DNA from: Anthoceros angustus
Taxonomy: Eukaryota > Plantae > Anthocerotophyta
Reading direction: 5' to 3'
DNA: 64,000 bases
NCBI GenBank assembly: GCA_010909165.1
Contig: VJWM01000254.1
Location: forward strand, 124,001-188,000
Below are positions 11,401 to 25,344 of this stretch, one piece after another. Below the pieces are notes generated by a model. It made no database searches. It saw only the letters and a list, made by a program, of their open reading frames with translations, and was not told the DNA's origin. The translations under genes and the position numbers were made by a program. Every line of letters begins with the position of its first letter. Within the stretch, counting starts at the first letter, position 1.

Positions 11401-14400
11401 ACGAGCTGGGGAAACTGGATTTGGCCATCCAATGTTATCAGCATGCCATATTGTTGGACAGCAGTTTTTTGGAGGCTTACAACAACCTGGTAGCTCCCAG
11501 TACTCGTGCCTCGAATGCTGTCAAATGCAGATGTGTGAGACGAAGTTGGTTTTTCTGACCTTCACTCATGTGGCATACCAGGGCAATGCTTTGAAGGATG
11601 CGGGGCAGGTTGATGAGGCTTTGAAGTGCTATGAGGTGAACATAGAGAACTTATTTGGTTGTATTGTCCTTGTTGAGAGGAAACTGAAGCTGTGCTTCTG
11701 TACAACCAACTGAATCATGTTTTGCAGCATTGCCTTAAGATCCAATCAAACCATCCTCAAGCCCTGACCAATCTGGGAAATATCTACATGGAATGGTAAG
11801 CTAGGCAAAGTAGCTGTTTTGTGATTACCCTGGAATGTGACAGGAGGTGTTGTGACATGTCGCGATTTTCTTTCTTCCCTCCAGGAACATGATCACTGTT
11901 GCTGCCACTTTCTATAAGGCAACACTAGCTGTTACACAGGGGCTTTCCGCACCCTACAGTAATCTTGCCACCATCTACAAGCAGCAGGTGATTATAATGC
12001 TTTGCATTTGGCCTGTAGTATGTTTCCCATGTCCTTGGTTTGCCTTTCACATTGACAGCGTGCTTAATCAGGGTCTCTATGCGGAGGCTATTGCTTGCTA
12101 CAATGAAGTCATGAGAATAGACCCTCATGCTGCCGATGGACTGGTCAATAGAGGGAATACTTTGAAAGAGGTTGGTAGGGTGAGTGAGGCTATTCAGGAC
12201 TACATCAAAGCTGTACAGATACGCCCTACTATGGCAGAAGGACATGCAAACCTCGCATCTGCTTACAAAGACAGGTTTGCCAATGTGATTATTTGACTGT
12301 AGTGTTGCTGCGGATTTTTTGTGGATAGTGTTCTTGGTCTCAATGAATTGGTATCTGCAGTGGCCATGTCGAGGCTGCGATAAAGAGTTACAGGCAGGCT
12401 TTGTTGCTAAGGCCAGACTTCCCAGAGGCAACATGCAACATGCTACACACTCTACAAGTATATTGACAAGGACACTCTTCTGGGAGCAAATGGCAAGTGT
12501 TTGGGTGGATCCTGTCACTGTGTCGTTTTTTCTCACGTTGATATCCGTTTGATCACAGTGTGTCTGTGATTGGGATGATCGGGATAAGAAGTTTGTTGAG
12601 ATTGAAGCTGTAGTGAGGCGGCAAATCAAGGTAGTTGACTAAGTCATGAGTAGTCATTTTGACTTCAATGGGGAACAAGTGTTGTGTTTTGTGGTACTCT
12701 GTCTGATGCAAACTGAGGTGCCTTGGTACAGATGAAAGCTCTACCTAGCGTCCAGCCTTTTCACGCCATCGCTTACCCGATTGACCCATTACTTGCATTG
12801 GAAATAAGGTGCAAAGCACCTCTCAGTTGAATTTCTTGCATTGAGTGCAGCAGTTTTCCCCTTGGATCTGCATTTGTTTTGATGGTGCAGCTGGTGGTAT
12901 ATTTTCTTTCTGGTATGTCTTAATTGGTTTTATTTTGCAGCCGTAAGTATGCTGAGCACTGCTCGCTGATTGCTTCACGGTTCCCCTTGCCTCCGTTCAA
13001 CCACCCTACTCCTGTACCTGTGAAAAGTGAAAGTGGAAGTGGCCGGCTTCGCGTTGGGTGAGGTTTATGATTTTTTTGCAGATGAGCAGAAGCCCTCTTG
13101 TTTTTTTTATGTGACTGATTTCTGGGTGGTTGGAGCAAATGGCAGGTACGTGAGCAGTGACTTTGGCAATCACCCACTTTCTCACCTCATGGGATCTGTG
13201 TTTGGTATGCATAACCGGGATAATGTGAAGGTATGTTGGAAGGCTCTGTTGTGCGTTTTCAGTTTCCTCATTACACATTGTCAGTGTGAACTGCCATCTC
13301 AAGTAAAGGCACATCAGTTTCACACTTCTGTTTTCACATTTTGTAGGTGTTTTGTTATGCTTTGAGCCAAAACGATGGGACTGAGTGGAGGCAGAGGATC
13401 TCCTCAGAAGCGGAGCACTTTATTGATGTGTCATCTGTTCCATCAGATGCCATTGCAAGGCAGATTGCTGAAGACAAAATTCAGATTCTTGTGAATTTAA
13501 ATGGATACACAAAGGTACAGTGTGCATCACGCATTTCATGTAGTGAATTCCAGTCCCCCTTGTACGGAACTGGGTTGTTGCAACTCATGATCAATTTACT
13601 TCTCGAAGGGTGCACGAAATGAAATATTTGCTCTCCAACCGGCTCCTATTCAAGTTTCCTACATGGGCTTTCCTGGCACAACGGGAGCCACGTACATTGA
13701 CTACCTTGTTACGGATGAGGTGTGTTTTTCCTGCCTGTGTGAAGTATGCTGTGCCTGTGGGAATATTAGTTACGCCATCCTACTTTCACAATAGCTCACT
13801 TTTGTAAGGGCACCAAGATGTTCCTGATTGTCTGAGCAGCTTGTATCTCCGACACGATATGCACATATGTATTCTGAGAAGCTAGTTCATCTGCCACATT
13901 GCTACTTTGTGAACGACTATAAGCAAGTAAGTCTAGTGGTCTCCTGTGTATTGTGTCCTGGCTGTTGCATATTCCATTCTGTGAAATTGCCCTAAGCCAT
14001 GAGTGTGGACTTCTTGCAGAGGAACGGTGATGTCCTCGACCCAGCCAATCTGCCAAAGCGCCAAGACTATGGACTACCAGAGGACAAGTTTTTGTTTGCA
14101 TGCTTCAATCAACTGTATAAGATGGACCCCGAGATCTTCAATACATGGTATTCACTGGAAGAGTGGCTTTTGACAGAGCAGTTCATGTTCTCTGAAGGTC
14201 TTGGTATGGTAGGATTATTAATATAGAGAAGCATTCATAAATGTGGATTTCTGGTTCTAAAAGAACTCTTACATGCTGTCCGTGGTGGCAGGTGTAACAT
14301 TCTGAAACGAGTACCGAATAGTGCCCTATGGTTGTTACGGTTTCCTGCAGCGGGTGAAGCTCGCCTGCGTGCTTGTAAGTGCTTTGGTTTGAGAGTGTGG

Positions 14401-15194
14401 ACACAAATCTTTAAACTCAAAGCTAAGCTGTTCCTCGTGTTGTGGCTTGCAGATGCGGAAGCCCAAGGTGTGAAGCCAGACCAGATTATTTTCACATATG
14501 TTGCAGCCAAGAATGAACATATAAGACGGAGTGCTTTGGCTGATCTTTTCCTGGATACGTGAGTTACCAGGCCTTGGTCTTTCCATTTCTTGACATAGAT
14601 GTATTGAAGTGTGTGAAGTGCAAGTTTATGACACTTTTATTACTGTTTTCAGGCCACTCTGCAATGCACACACTACTGGAACGGACGTGTTGTGGGCTGG
14701 GCTGCCAATGGTGACACTTCCCTTGGAGAAGATGGCAACTCGTGTAGCCATGTCCCTGTGCTATGCAGCTGGATGCGGTGATGAGATGGTGGTACATAGG
14801 TAATAGTGTGGACCTCAAACACCTGAAAGTTGTATACCTTTCTTTTCCCTGTGCTCATGTCTTGTTGTGTCCCAGCATGAAGGAGTACGAGGAGACCGCA
14901 GTGATGCTTGCTGAAAATCCAGATAAGCTTCAGAAGTTGACGACCAAGCTGCGCACAGCACGGATGACGTGTCCACTTTTTGACACTACAAGATGGGTGT
15001 GCTTCTTGCTCAGATCTATAGTTCTGCTGGTTGAGTTTGTTTGCACTCACGTACATCTAATGGTATTTTATCTTCTGCAGGTGCAAAACCTGGAGAGGTG
15101 CTATTTTAAGATGTGGAACCTCTACTGCGAAGGGAATCATCCAGAACCCTTCAAGGTTCTGGAGGATAATGATGAGTTTCCGTATGATCGATGA
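8482..15194 (+). CDS. SEC: O-GlcNAc transferase SECRET AGENT; multi-exon (about 20 short GT-AG introns)
   Basis: TPR exons ([43 protein letters not shown]) and catalytic motifs [46 protein letters not shown] and [16 protein letters not shown]. Stop TGA at 15192-15194. Start codon assignment is approximate. Confidence 0.95.
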
Positions 15195-15670
15195 TTTTGT
15201 CATCCTCTTGTTGTGCGTTGCAAGTGAATGTTCCTAGGTGACGGCCATGACCCGTGTGATGCACTGTAAGTTGACCCTGCTGACGGGTTCAATGTCGGTG
15301 TTGATGGGTATCCATGGGATGACAATCGAATGCCAGAGAAGAAAAACTAGATTCCTCAGTTTCCTATGGTCTGTATCACGGTGTGGTCAATATGTTTGTG
15401 CAGCTCGTGATAGTGGCCCGTTGGAAGTTGTGTCCATGATCGCAGGTTAGTCGTGGGCGCTGAACATGTGACTTATTTGGGTGTCTGCACTGCCGACCTC
15501 GGCAGGTCCGAGGGTAGTAGTCTGGCCATATTCTGTACATAAGTTAAGAATTCAAGAGCACACTCTGGCTCACAGCAGTGTTGCCCTCTCCCCAGCAGTT
15601 TTGTGCACACTTCCAGGAGCGCTTAGAATTTTCTCAAGAATGGCGAATTACATGAATCGTCAAAATGCAG

Positions 15671-16899
15671 TCACCTACGCTGGAGGGGCTTAGTGGTAAA
15701 TGCGTCATCGTCGTCGTCGTAAAAGACGGGTCCCCCATGCATCTGAACTTCTTCAAACCTGAAGGTGCCCTCTTTGCGTTGTTTGTAATAACGGAGGCCT
15801 AGGAATCCCAAGAATCCAGATGCAGCCAGTCCAGCCATCACTGAAAGCAAAGGGACATACCACTTCTGCACCACATTACAACAGTCAGACGTGCAGAATC
15901 GCAAGTTGAAGACTTCCAGCAAGCTACAATAGGGAAACCACCGTCGAACAACTTTCTTAGCTATTGTGGGTAACATCATCCAACTATGCACCCCTGAACA
16001 TAGCCTCTCAGATGCACTACGTATGATTCCGTTTGCAGACTTACCTGAGCGTTTTCCTTCTTTGATGAACTCTCAAGGCCTTCTCCTGTGCTATCACTCC
16101 TACCTGCAAGCAAATTCCTCCATCAAGTCGTCACTCAACCCAAATCCTACAGCCAAAGGGGGTCGAGCACTTGCAGAACTTAAAAACTTCCAGCTTGGCC
16201 ATCCTCCAGAAGTTCGCCATTCCAGAGCACTGACCTTCACCAGTCCTCACAGAGCAGTACTGATTTCCTCGCCACTCACTAGGGCAGTCACAAGGGGGGG
16301 AGAGTTGGCAAGCAGCACCATTGAAGCAGTAATAACTGTCCGCTGCACACAGGGTGCCTTCCAGCTGGCACTGGCTGCCACTGTATCCTGCTGGACAAGT
16401 GCAGGTATACAGCTCTCCTTGCACAATCTCGTTGCAAACGCCGCCGTTATCACAAAAGAAGGAATTTGAGCCATCACACATCAAACTTGATATATTACAG
16501 CTGACACCCCTGCCGATCCGAACCAAACAGTCCAGTCAAGATCTATCCGACCTTCTCTAATGCATCTGACCACATTTTCCAGCAATCCCCACAACACATT
16601 GTCCGCCAGAGTCTGGCATTGTTGCAGAGGAGCTAACAGCTGCAGCAGTGTCAGTAATTGAGGGAAACACTTTACCTGATAAAAGGCCGGTCGCCGTCCA
16701 GCAGCGTGCTGTTCGCAGGGGGAGGACAGGCGCAAGAGTCCCCAAAACAGTTTTCAACCGGGCAGAAGCTGTCTTCCCCGCACTGAGCAGCAGCTCCACG
16801 CAACAGCAGAATCACAAAAAGCTTAGACATCAGACCGGATACATGAAACCTGCGCCCCATGGTCACAACCCAGCTCAGCTCAGCAGGCCGCCGGGCCAA
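15671..16899 (-). CDS. Small type-I membrane protein with EGF-like repeats; exon 1 16899-16676, exon 2 16509-16235, last exon ~15874-15671 (a small middle exon is possible)
   Basis: Signal-peptide-like KLFVILLLRGAAA. Splicing joins CACPPP...PFIR|GVSC. Canonical EGF CDNGGVCNEIVQGELYTCTCPAGYSGSQC, a second CFNGAAC...CDCP...GNQYC, TM segment WYVPLLSVMAGLAASGFLGFLGL, stop-transfer RYYKQRK and an acidic tail. Confidence 0.75.
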
Positions 16900-17428
16900 T
16901 GCAGTGCACCGCTCGTCTTAATGCAGCTCTGGACGAATTCGTGCACTGGAGGGTTTTTGGGTCTTCGAGGGATCGTGGGGATTTAGGATTCTGCATCTGC
17001 AGGGAGGGTTTGCCGGCCCCCGGAGATTGGATTCAGTCACACGAGATGTCACTGGGTCGCGAACTGCGAGACGCTGTACGGACAGCCTGTAACAGCCATG
17101 CAACATACGTATGTAGGTACCTGGTTTATCATCATGTTAACAAAATTTCAATTGGAGGAAGATGTCGAGGATATCAAGTCAAAGTGTTTTGCTTCGCAGA
17201 AGCTCTTCGGCTGGGAAGGAGGCTACTAGGTACGCCCACCTTCATAACGTATCTCACTGACATCCGCCTTCCCTCCACCGCGGGCTTGTCGGTTACCCAG
17301 CCCACTAACTCAGGCGCACTAGATTGTCCAAAATTTCTAGGATACTCCTGCGGAAGCGCTCCAGATCGCCACTAGGGTTGGGCCCGTTAGCGACCGTGGT
17401 GTGCACTTCACTCTGAGTACTGATCAGC

Positions 17429-18658
17429 CTACATACCCCCTCCGCGCATGTGGGCTCCGAGCTCACCGAATTGATCATCAGCTTCTTCGGTGTCGAAGGA
17501 CAGCCTGACGGAGTCCAGCTTCTGCCTCAAAATGTCAATGGCGTTCAAGAACATCTGCGTCGACTTGATAGCTCCAGTCGATTCCACGGTGAAGATAAAG
17601 CTGTCCTCCCTGGGACTGATGTCCACTAATCCAGGCTTCCCCATGGCTTCTGCTTTCTTCAAGACTTCCTCGTCGTAGGTGTAAGCCTCAGCGTCTGCGA
17701 CTATGACCTACCCAAACTCTGCCTCAGTCTCCACATTCCAAACAGCACAAGGAGAGCGAGAAGGAAAGCGGGCTGGAGGCACACAGACCTGTTGAGTCAC
17801 CGGGTCCAGTGAAAACACCTTGGTCGGACTGCTGTCCATCCACTCCTTTTTTTCCTCAAGGGTGAGAGTCTCCATCAGAGCTTCGTTAATCTGAATATCA
17901 GGCTCATACTGAAAAGAAACAGTGGCGGCAGGAGACCATTTCGCGTGATCCTTCCCGATGCCTTTCCTCGCAATTGCCCGCAGTTTCAGTTCTTGACCTT
18001 TCCGTAATTTCACCAGCAAGATGCCCCTGAGCCAGCCATACCAAAAATTGATCAAGTCGAGTACACCGAACAGGGTTCCGTTCCGCATGGCAAAAAACCA
18101 AGAACTTCTTACTTCCTGTCAGCAGACTCTTCGGACAAACTTTCGGCATTCCGGCTCGACACGGGCACCACTGTCTCATCCGAGCTCTGGAGATCATGAC
18201 TGGTTACGTCCAGAGTTTGATCCGAATCGCACCTCACGCTCAAATGAAACTCCACAGAGCAGTAATCACACCTGCCATCCAACGGAATCGTCACAAAAGC
18301 TCGCTCAGGACGCATCCGCACGAACCCTACAAAGGAGGACAATTCCTTCAACGCACCTCCCGTCTCCGTCACAGGCCTCGCACTCCCGCGACATCCTCAT
18401 TTCCATGGCGCGCTCGCTGGTGAGCGGAATCAGGCCCAGCCTGTGCGCCAAAAACTCGTCATTGAGCACGGTGGAATTGATCTCGATCTCCACCAGGTCG
18501 ATGGCCAGCGTGGGAACCTCAGCTATCATAATCCTGCGCAGAGCATTGGCTATGCTGGCGTCCGTGTCCCGCAGCTCAAATTTCAGAAATTCGTCCTTGA
18601 TTTCCCTAATTCGCACCGTGGGGAACCGCTGATACGTGGGGGCAGTGTCCATCTCCAT
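17429..18658 (-). CDS. NRPB3: RNA polymerase II (shared IV/V) third-largest subunit; spliced
   Basis: [89 protein letters not shown] and [10 protein letters not shown]. Confidence 0.96.
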
Positions 18659-18934
18659 CCTTGCTCGTGGCGTTCAACTCCGTCTTCCTCGCCCACCTCG
18701 CTCTGATACGAGCCCTTAAACCCTCCTCCTCTGCTTGACCGTTCAGAACTTAAAGAACCCTAGACAACTCGACTTGGTAAGATAGTCTACCCTCCCCTAA
18801 TCTCATACCCTGGTCACTATATGTAGTTCGTCGGGGGTTTAATGCGAGGTTGCCTTGATCTAGTGAGGCCCACCACTCAGTCTCTCTCCTCTCCGTTGCC
18901 ACCGGCACGGCATGGCCGGTCTTCGGCGCCAAGC

Positions 18935-19200
18935 GGTTCATGTCATGCCTCATGCCATGAGCATGAGGCATGCTGATACTCTGCCATGCCTCATGTCATA
19001 CCTGTTTTGCTGCCATGCCTCATCTCATGAGCATACTCTGTCATGCCGCATGTCATGAGCATACTCTGTCATGCCTCATGTCATGAGCATGAGGCATCTT
19101 GATACTCTGACCTCTCAAGATCTTTCTGACATATCATGCCTCATGTCATGAGCATGAGCTCATGCTATGACCATGTGTGCTTGCTCATGGCATGCATGTC
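18935..19200. repeat. CATG-rich degenerate hairpin-forming tandem repeats
   Basis: Repeated units such as ATGCCTCATGTCATGAGCATGAGGCAT and GAGCATACTCTGTCATGCC, each with internal inverted symmetry. Confidence 0.7.
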
Positions 19201-19379
19201 ATACAGAACCCGTAAATTGCAGAGGCGAAACAAACCCTAAAACATGTTTCCATTTAAAATGGAAAATAAGCATCATTTGGCAGTTCACTTCCTCAACTCG
19301 ACATAACCTTCGTACCCATGTTCAACACCGAATTGTGACTTGCAACGGCAACTAAGATGGAGATTGAAGATCTTCCCTA

Positions 19380-20300
19380 CGGTTGGGAGGTGCAAGAGCC
19401 GCCAGGTGGTTTGTTCTACACACAACATCTGAAGTTTTCACCCACTGTTATAGCAAGACGGTATGAGGTTGCTTCTAGGTATTTCAAGAAACAATGACAC
19501 AGTGTGCTTCCCTTATGGTTAAAGGGTATCAGAACTATGAGGCACGCAGGCCAAGATTGTAACTCTGCTATCGAAGCCTGGCATGGGTTTTTGAAGTCTC
19601 TGTTGTACCATGATTTTGTTAGGCTGCGAGGTAGACGGTTGGATTGGTTGCTCCACACTCTCGTGGAAGCAGTAAGCAAAATCTACTGGTATAAGCATTT
19701 CACAAAGGAGCATGGAATCAGGTACAATGCAAGGGAAGCAGCAATCCTGGACAATGCAATCTTAGGTTCCCAATCCATTCCTTACTCAGTTGTCACATTA
19801 CCGACCACAATTGATGGACTAGCTTTTGGGAGGAGTTGCACTCATCGGAAGTTGATCTATACGATCGTCACTGTAAGTGAGATTAAACTTGCTGTAATTG
19901 TCCCAGAGGCACTCAGGTTTTCTTTTGCAAGCACCTAGCTAAGATATTACACCTCGAAGGGGAACTGATATCCACACCTGAGCTAGTTACAGCTATGGCT
20001 AGAAGAGAACGTGTCCATGTCTCTCCGCATTCTGTTGGACCAATACATATGCCTTGTGAACAGGCGGTGCACGAGGAGGCAAACACGCCTATTTTCACAA
20101 CTCAGGAAAGACATTGAATCATTGCCAACAGCGCTGCCATTTGGCAACGTAAAGCCACAAGTGAAGGCCGTTGCTTCATACCAGAGCTTGGAAAATATAT
20201 GGAAAGAAGTGTGGGGAATGATGCATGTTGATGCTTCCTTGCTCCAGCATACTCATGCAGTAGCTTCTATGTTGCTTTTCCAAGTTAAACAGTAGCAGGC
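19380..20300 (+). pseudogene. MULE-type transposase remnant with SWIM zinc finger (frameshifted)
   Basis: NSAIEAWHGFLKS...RGRRLDWLLHTL resembles the MULE/SWIM transposase C-terminus. A shifted frame gives CNCPRGTQVFFCKH (SWIM CxCx7CKH) at 19893-19934. Confidence 0.65.
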
Positions 20301-22257
20301 ACGAAAATGTGCCAAAGGTGCAGGGTCCACATTTCATGGCCAATTACTCAAATTGGACAATAGGTTTGGAGATTCTCTCAAGAGGAAAAAAAGTATTGTG
20401 GAGATGACTTCTTGGAAGCTTGCAACCCGCTGGCTGAAAAAAATGCTAGAGGTGTTGCACCAAGGTGCTGAAAGTAATTATCTTGAAGAGAGGGAAGGAT
20501 GAGATTTGTGGCTATTTCATGCCTTACTCGGCTATAAATTTTGTAAGATAGGTCATCGGAAAGCTAGTTTCAAACTCATCATGTTCAGCTATCTGTATGC
20601 GAAATTGGATATTGATGTTCGTCAGAATTGCCCGATGAACAATTTGTGCTCTTTGATTTCAAACTCTAAGTACGTGTTCCACATACGTTTACACGCAATG
20701 AGCTATAGCTCATTCTATAGCCCTCTGGACAAGCTTCAATTTGATTTCCCTATATTACATTTTGGTTGCGCTTAGCATGAGTTATGAACGAAAATGGGCA
20801 TCTCTGTTACCAGGCCTCAACCCCGAATGCTCTATGCTTTTGGCTTTGAGCAATAGCTCATCCTCGTCCTTTAGACAAGCTTCAATTTGATTAACCTGTA
20901 CCAAAATTCGGTTTTGTCCAGCAGAAGATATGTACGACAACGTGCATCTCGTATACCAGACCTTACTCTCGCGTGCTCTACATCTTTGGGTTCTTCGCCA
21001 CTCACACGGGATGCGTCCCCGTTCTCATATGTGTGCATGATGTGCTGAATGGCTATCCCGTTCTCATGCATGTGCCCATGTGTTCGCAATGGTCACATAT
21101 GTTTCCATGTGTTCACATGGTGCATTCACTCGGCTCCCAGCTGGCGCTCCGGGTCGCAAGTCAAGATAGATGGTAGGCCCCACCACATCAAGGCAACCAA
21201 GTATTAAACCCCCGATGAATTTTAGTGAGCGTCATTTACGAAGGGTTGGCCCTCAAGCAATAATGTACCAAGTCTAGCAAGTAACATTTTTATGTTTTTA
21301 AATTCTAAAATTTATGGGATATAGAATAAATTTAATATAGTGTGTAATGTAGAGCTAAATTAGAGTAATTAGCTACTTAGATACAATAATAAGCAATGTA
21401 TATTAGCTACTTAGATATTCTATAATTAGCTACTTAGATACTCTATCTTCAAAGCCCTACATTGTTTTTTGGCTACTTCATGAAACACATCTTGAGGGTG
21501 GCCAAAGCTTTACATAAATCCTCCTTTTCAACTTGACGTATGGGCACGATTTTATTCAATTCCTCCACAACATTTCCAAAATCTTCAGACGAATTGGTAT
21601 ACCTTCTTGTACTTTTTTTTATAGAACCAAACTTGTACCGAGCTACCCCGCACCCAACTCTTGACTCCAACTAGTTACTGGCAATACTGATTCCTTATAT
21701 TCATCAAAGCCATCAATCACTACAGCAATGGCATATCTTACGCTTTTTTTGGCGTGTGCTTCTCCTATTGTTATTATCAACCAAGCTTGCATCAAGTTGC
21801 CCCACACCCAACTCTCGATTGCAAATAGTTATTGGTAACAATGATTCATCAAAGCGCTCATATTGTCCCCGAAAGAATTTCTTTGATGCAGCATTCTCGG
21901 CAACCTGGATACACTCCGCCTCCATCACATATCCGACAGCCTTGAACATGGCAACATCTGCTCTTGCATACATGAGTTGAGCCTTTTTCCTTAGGGCTGT
22001 GGCTCTTGCTCTCTTCTCATTTGCAATCACTATCAAAGACCCCACAAGATCTTCATCCATTCTCTCTTCAAGTATCATAGTTAGATATCCAAGACTTAGA
22101 AAGATGAATTGTCTTGCACAAGCAATAAAAAGAGTAAACAATTCACTAAAACATATATATCTATATCCAGCTATAACATACTCAGTACAAGAATTGGGCT
22201 GGTGGGAAGAAAACAATTGGAACTAATGGCCCCTATAATTGGAACAAATGGCCCTCA

Positions 22258-24592
22258 TATATACTCGATAAACTTGGCATTATTTCGAGAATAATGGATT
22301 TTAACTCGATGATAATAAATAATATACCTATATAATTTATTATTTAATTTTTAAAAATAATATACCTATATAATAATGAATTGGAGAAGTTTGCTAAGAA
22401 TGAAGATGGCTTCGTGCTCATCCAATGATGCAAAAAAGAGTTGTAAAGGTGACGCTACTCACCCAACGACCCGTCCACAACAAGAATTTTATGAAAAAGA
22501 GTTTCTTTTCGTCTTAATCCATTCGGAGTGCTTGCGACATAGAGTATTTGAGTCCTAGTGTCTAATACTCTTTATTTTGGGAAGACAACTTTAGTTCTAT
22601 TTCTTCGGCTAAAAAAACAATTCTAGTTCAAGACTGCTATGTTGTGTACTTCCAGAATATCGTTTTAACTAGTTTTGTGTTATACATATGCGTATATTAT
22701 TAACAATTGGTGTTAAGTTTTGAAACCGCCTTAAACACCGATTTACCTCCTGGATTTTTGGGCAAGTGTGTCCAAGCTTCCAAGAACTCGGCTGGCATAC
22801 AAGTATACTTCAAATATTTCTGCATCGTGTGACATTGTAACTAACTTATACCAAGTAATAGTCATAAAAATGAAGCCAATTTTCTTTGGCACGTCCGTTG
22901 ACTAATGACCTTGCATCACAACCTTATAATATTGCATTATGACCTTGATGTGCGTCCACTACATCCCCAAGGAGTGTTATACTTTAGGGCCTACACATTC
23001 CGTCCTATACCCAAAACCCCATTTTTCAATCAATGCAACGTGCTTTCTTAGCATCCCATAGAACCTGAATCCGTTTCCATGAAAACAACCTCTAAAGCAC
23101 ATCCTCATGCACACCCGCCACCCAACATTCCTTAAGCCCTCGAAGAGTTGTTGAAAATGGAGTAGAAGGCACAACAATATGAGGGGACCTTAAACTTCTG
23201 CCGTTTGACAACCATCAAAGTCAATGACATTCTTAATTAGACCCCGCACCCAATCTCCCAAAGCACCACAGTCCGACTCCCACAATATGCTACAACCTCA
23301 TTCACAAGTACAATGTCCCATAGTGATGCGCTAATCAAAACATCTCTAGTGATAGGGCAATTCAAAACATTTCTAGCTATAACACCATAATATTTGAACC
23401 GCGGAATATACATCAAGCGGCTTTATGCATGTATATATACTCGATAAACTTGGCATTATTTCAGAATAATGGATTTTAACTCGATGATAATAAATAATAT
23501 ACCTATATAATTTATTATTTAATTTTAAAATAATATACCTATATAATAATGAATTGAGAAGTTTGCTAAGAATGATGGCTTCGTGCTCATCCAATGATGC
23601 AAAAGAGTTGTAAAGGTGACGCTACTCACCCCAACGAATTCATCCACAACAAGAATTTTATGAAAAAGAGTTTCTTTTCGTCTTAATCCATTCGGAGTGC
23701 TTGCGACATAGAGTATTTGAGTCCTAGTGTCTAATACTCTTTATTTTGGGAAGACAACTTTAGTTCTATTTCTTCACTAAAAACAATTCTAGTTCAAGAT
23801 CGCTATGTTGTGTACTTCCGTAATATCGTTTAACTAGTTTTGTGTTATACATATGTATATTATTAACAATTGGTGTTAAGTTTTGAAACCGCCTTAAACA
23901 CCGATTTACCTCCTGGATTTTTGGGCAAGTGTGTCCAAGCTTCCAAGAACTCGGCTGGCATACAAGTATACTTCAAATATTTCTGCATCGTGTGACATTG
24001 TAACTAACTTATACCAAGTAATAGTCATAAAAATGAAGCCAATTTTCTTTGGCACGTCCGTTGACTAATGACCTTGCATCACAACCTTATAATATTGCAT
24101 TATGACCTTGATGTGCGTCCACTACATCCCCAAGGAGTGTTATACTTAGGCCTACACATTGATCCTATACCCAAAACCCCATTTTCAATCAATGCAACTT
24201 TCTTAGCATCCCATAGAACTCAATCCGTTTCCATGAAAACAACCTCTAAAGCACATCCTCATGCACACCCGCCACCCAACATTCCTTAAGCCCTCAAGAG
24301 TTGTTGAAAATGGAGTAGAAGGCACAACAATATGAGGGGACCTTAAACTTCTGCCGTTTGACAACCATCAAAGTCAATGACATTCTTAATTAGACCCCGC
24401 ACCCAATCTCCCAAAGCACCACAGTCCGACTCCCACAATATGCTACAACCTCATTCACAAGTACAATGTCCCATAGTGATGCGCTAATCAAAACATCTCT
24501 AGTGATAGGGCAATTCAAAACATTTCTAGCTATAACACCATAATATTTGAACCGGCGGAATATACATCAAGCGGCTTTATGCATGTATATAC
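22258..24592. repeat. Tandem direct duplication, ~1.18 kb x2 (22258-23433, 23434-24592)
   Basis: Both copies begin TATATACTCGATAAACTTGGC and end GCGGCTTTATGCATGTATAT; differences are mostly 1-few bp indels. Confidence 0.9.
24534..24565 (+). repeat. Left terminal inverted repeat (32 bp)
   Basis: Perfect inverse match to 41548-41579, preceded by CTAT. A near-copy sits at 23381-23411 inside the tandem duplication. Confidence 0.85.
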
Positions 24593-25344
24593 GCTGAACC
24601 GGGTTCTAGATGGTCACTAAATCGCCGTTCCTGCATGTAGACATGGAGAATGTGTTCAAAATTATGGTCGAATCCACATTTTGGCTTAAAATTGCCCGAG
24701 CACACGCCAACAAGGGTATGGTGGGGACATGCCAATGGGGTTTGCACCGTCTAGCACCGATTTCAAACTCCCTTTGTGCCGGATAATGAAACCCGACGGC
24801 CTTTACATTATTCTCGCCTTATAGTGAAGGGGAACGGAAGCCAGGATTTGCAACTGGTTCCCATTTATGGTAAGAAGGTATGGAAAATGTGCTGTTTATA
24901 TAAGTGTACAAGGGTGTGCAAACTACACCGCGCACCACCGTGGGCGCTAGCATGCCGGCGCCCATCGCATGTACACCTGGCGCCGAAATCCCTTATCCAT
25001 TCCCTTTGCAGCAAATATGCCCAACATGGCCTTTTAATATCCGCTGTCAGAGGAGTAATGTCTTGTCCTGTTCCATGTTCCTCTTCACCCCAAAGAAACC
25101 AAGACATGGTATCGGCTCGAAAAGAGCTGCCAAGTTTCACGAACATTGGGTGGGCGCCACCGCTAAACGAATCCAACGAATCGAACAAAGTCATGGCAAG
25201 AAATGAAGGGTGTCAATAGGAACGGACACGAAAATGTTGTCGTGATGGGCTTAAGCATGCCACCACAAAGGGTGTGGAAAAGAGTTGCGCCTGAATTGGA
25301 AGGAGCGGACCATGAGTGGGATATATGTCGAGCTGCTCGGTCCT

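Noticed and set aside
21473-22226. Minus-strand ORFs of 65 and 167 aa in AT-rich DNA
   Set aside because: No recognisable family or splice support; left unannotated.
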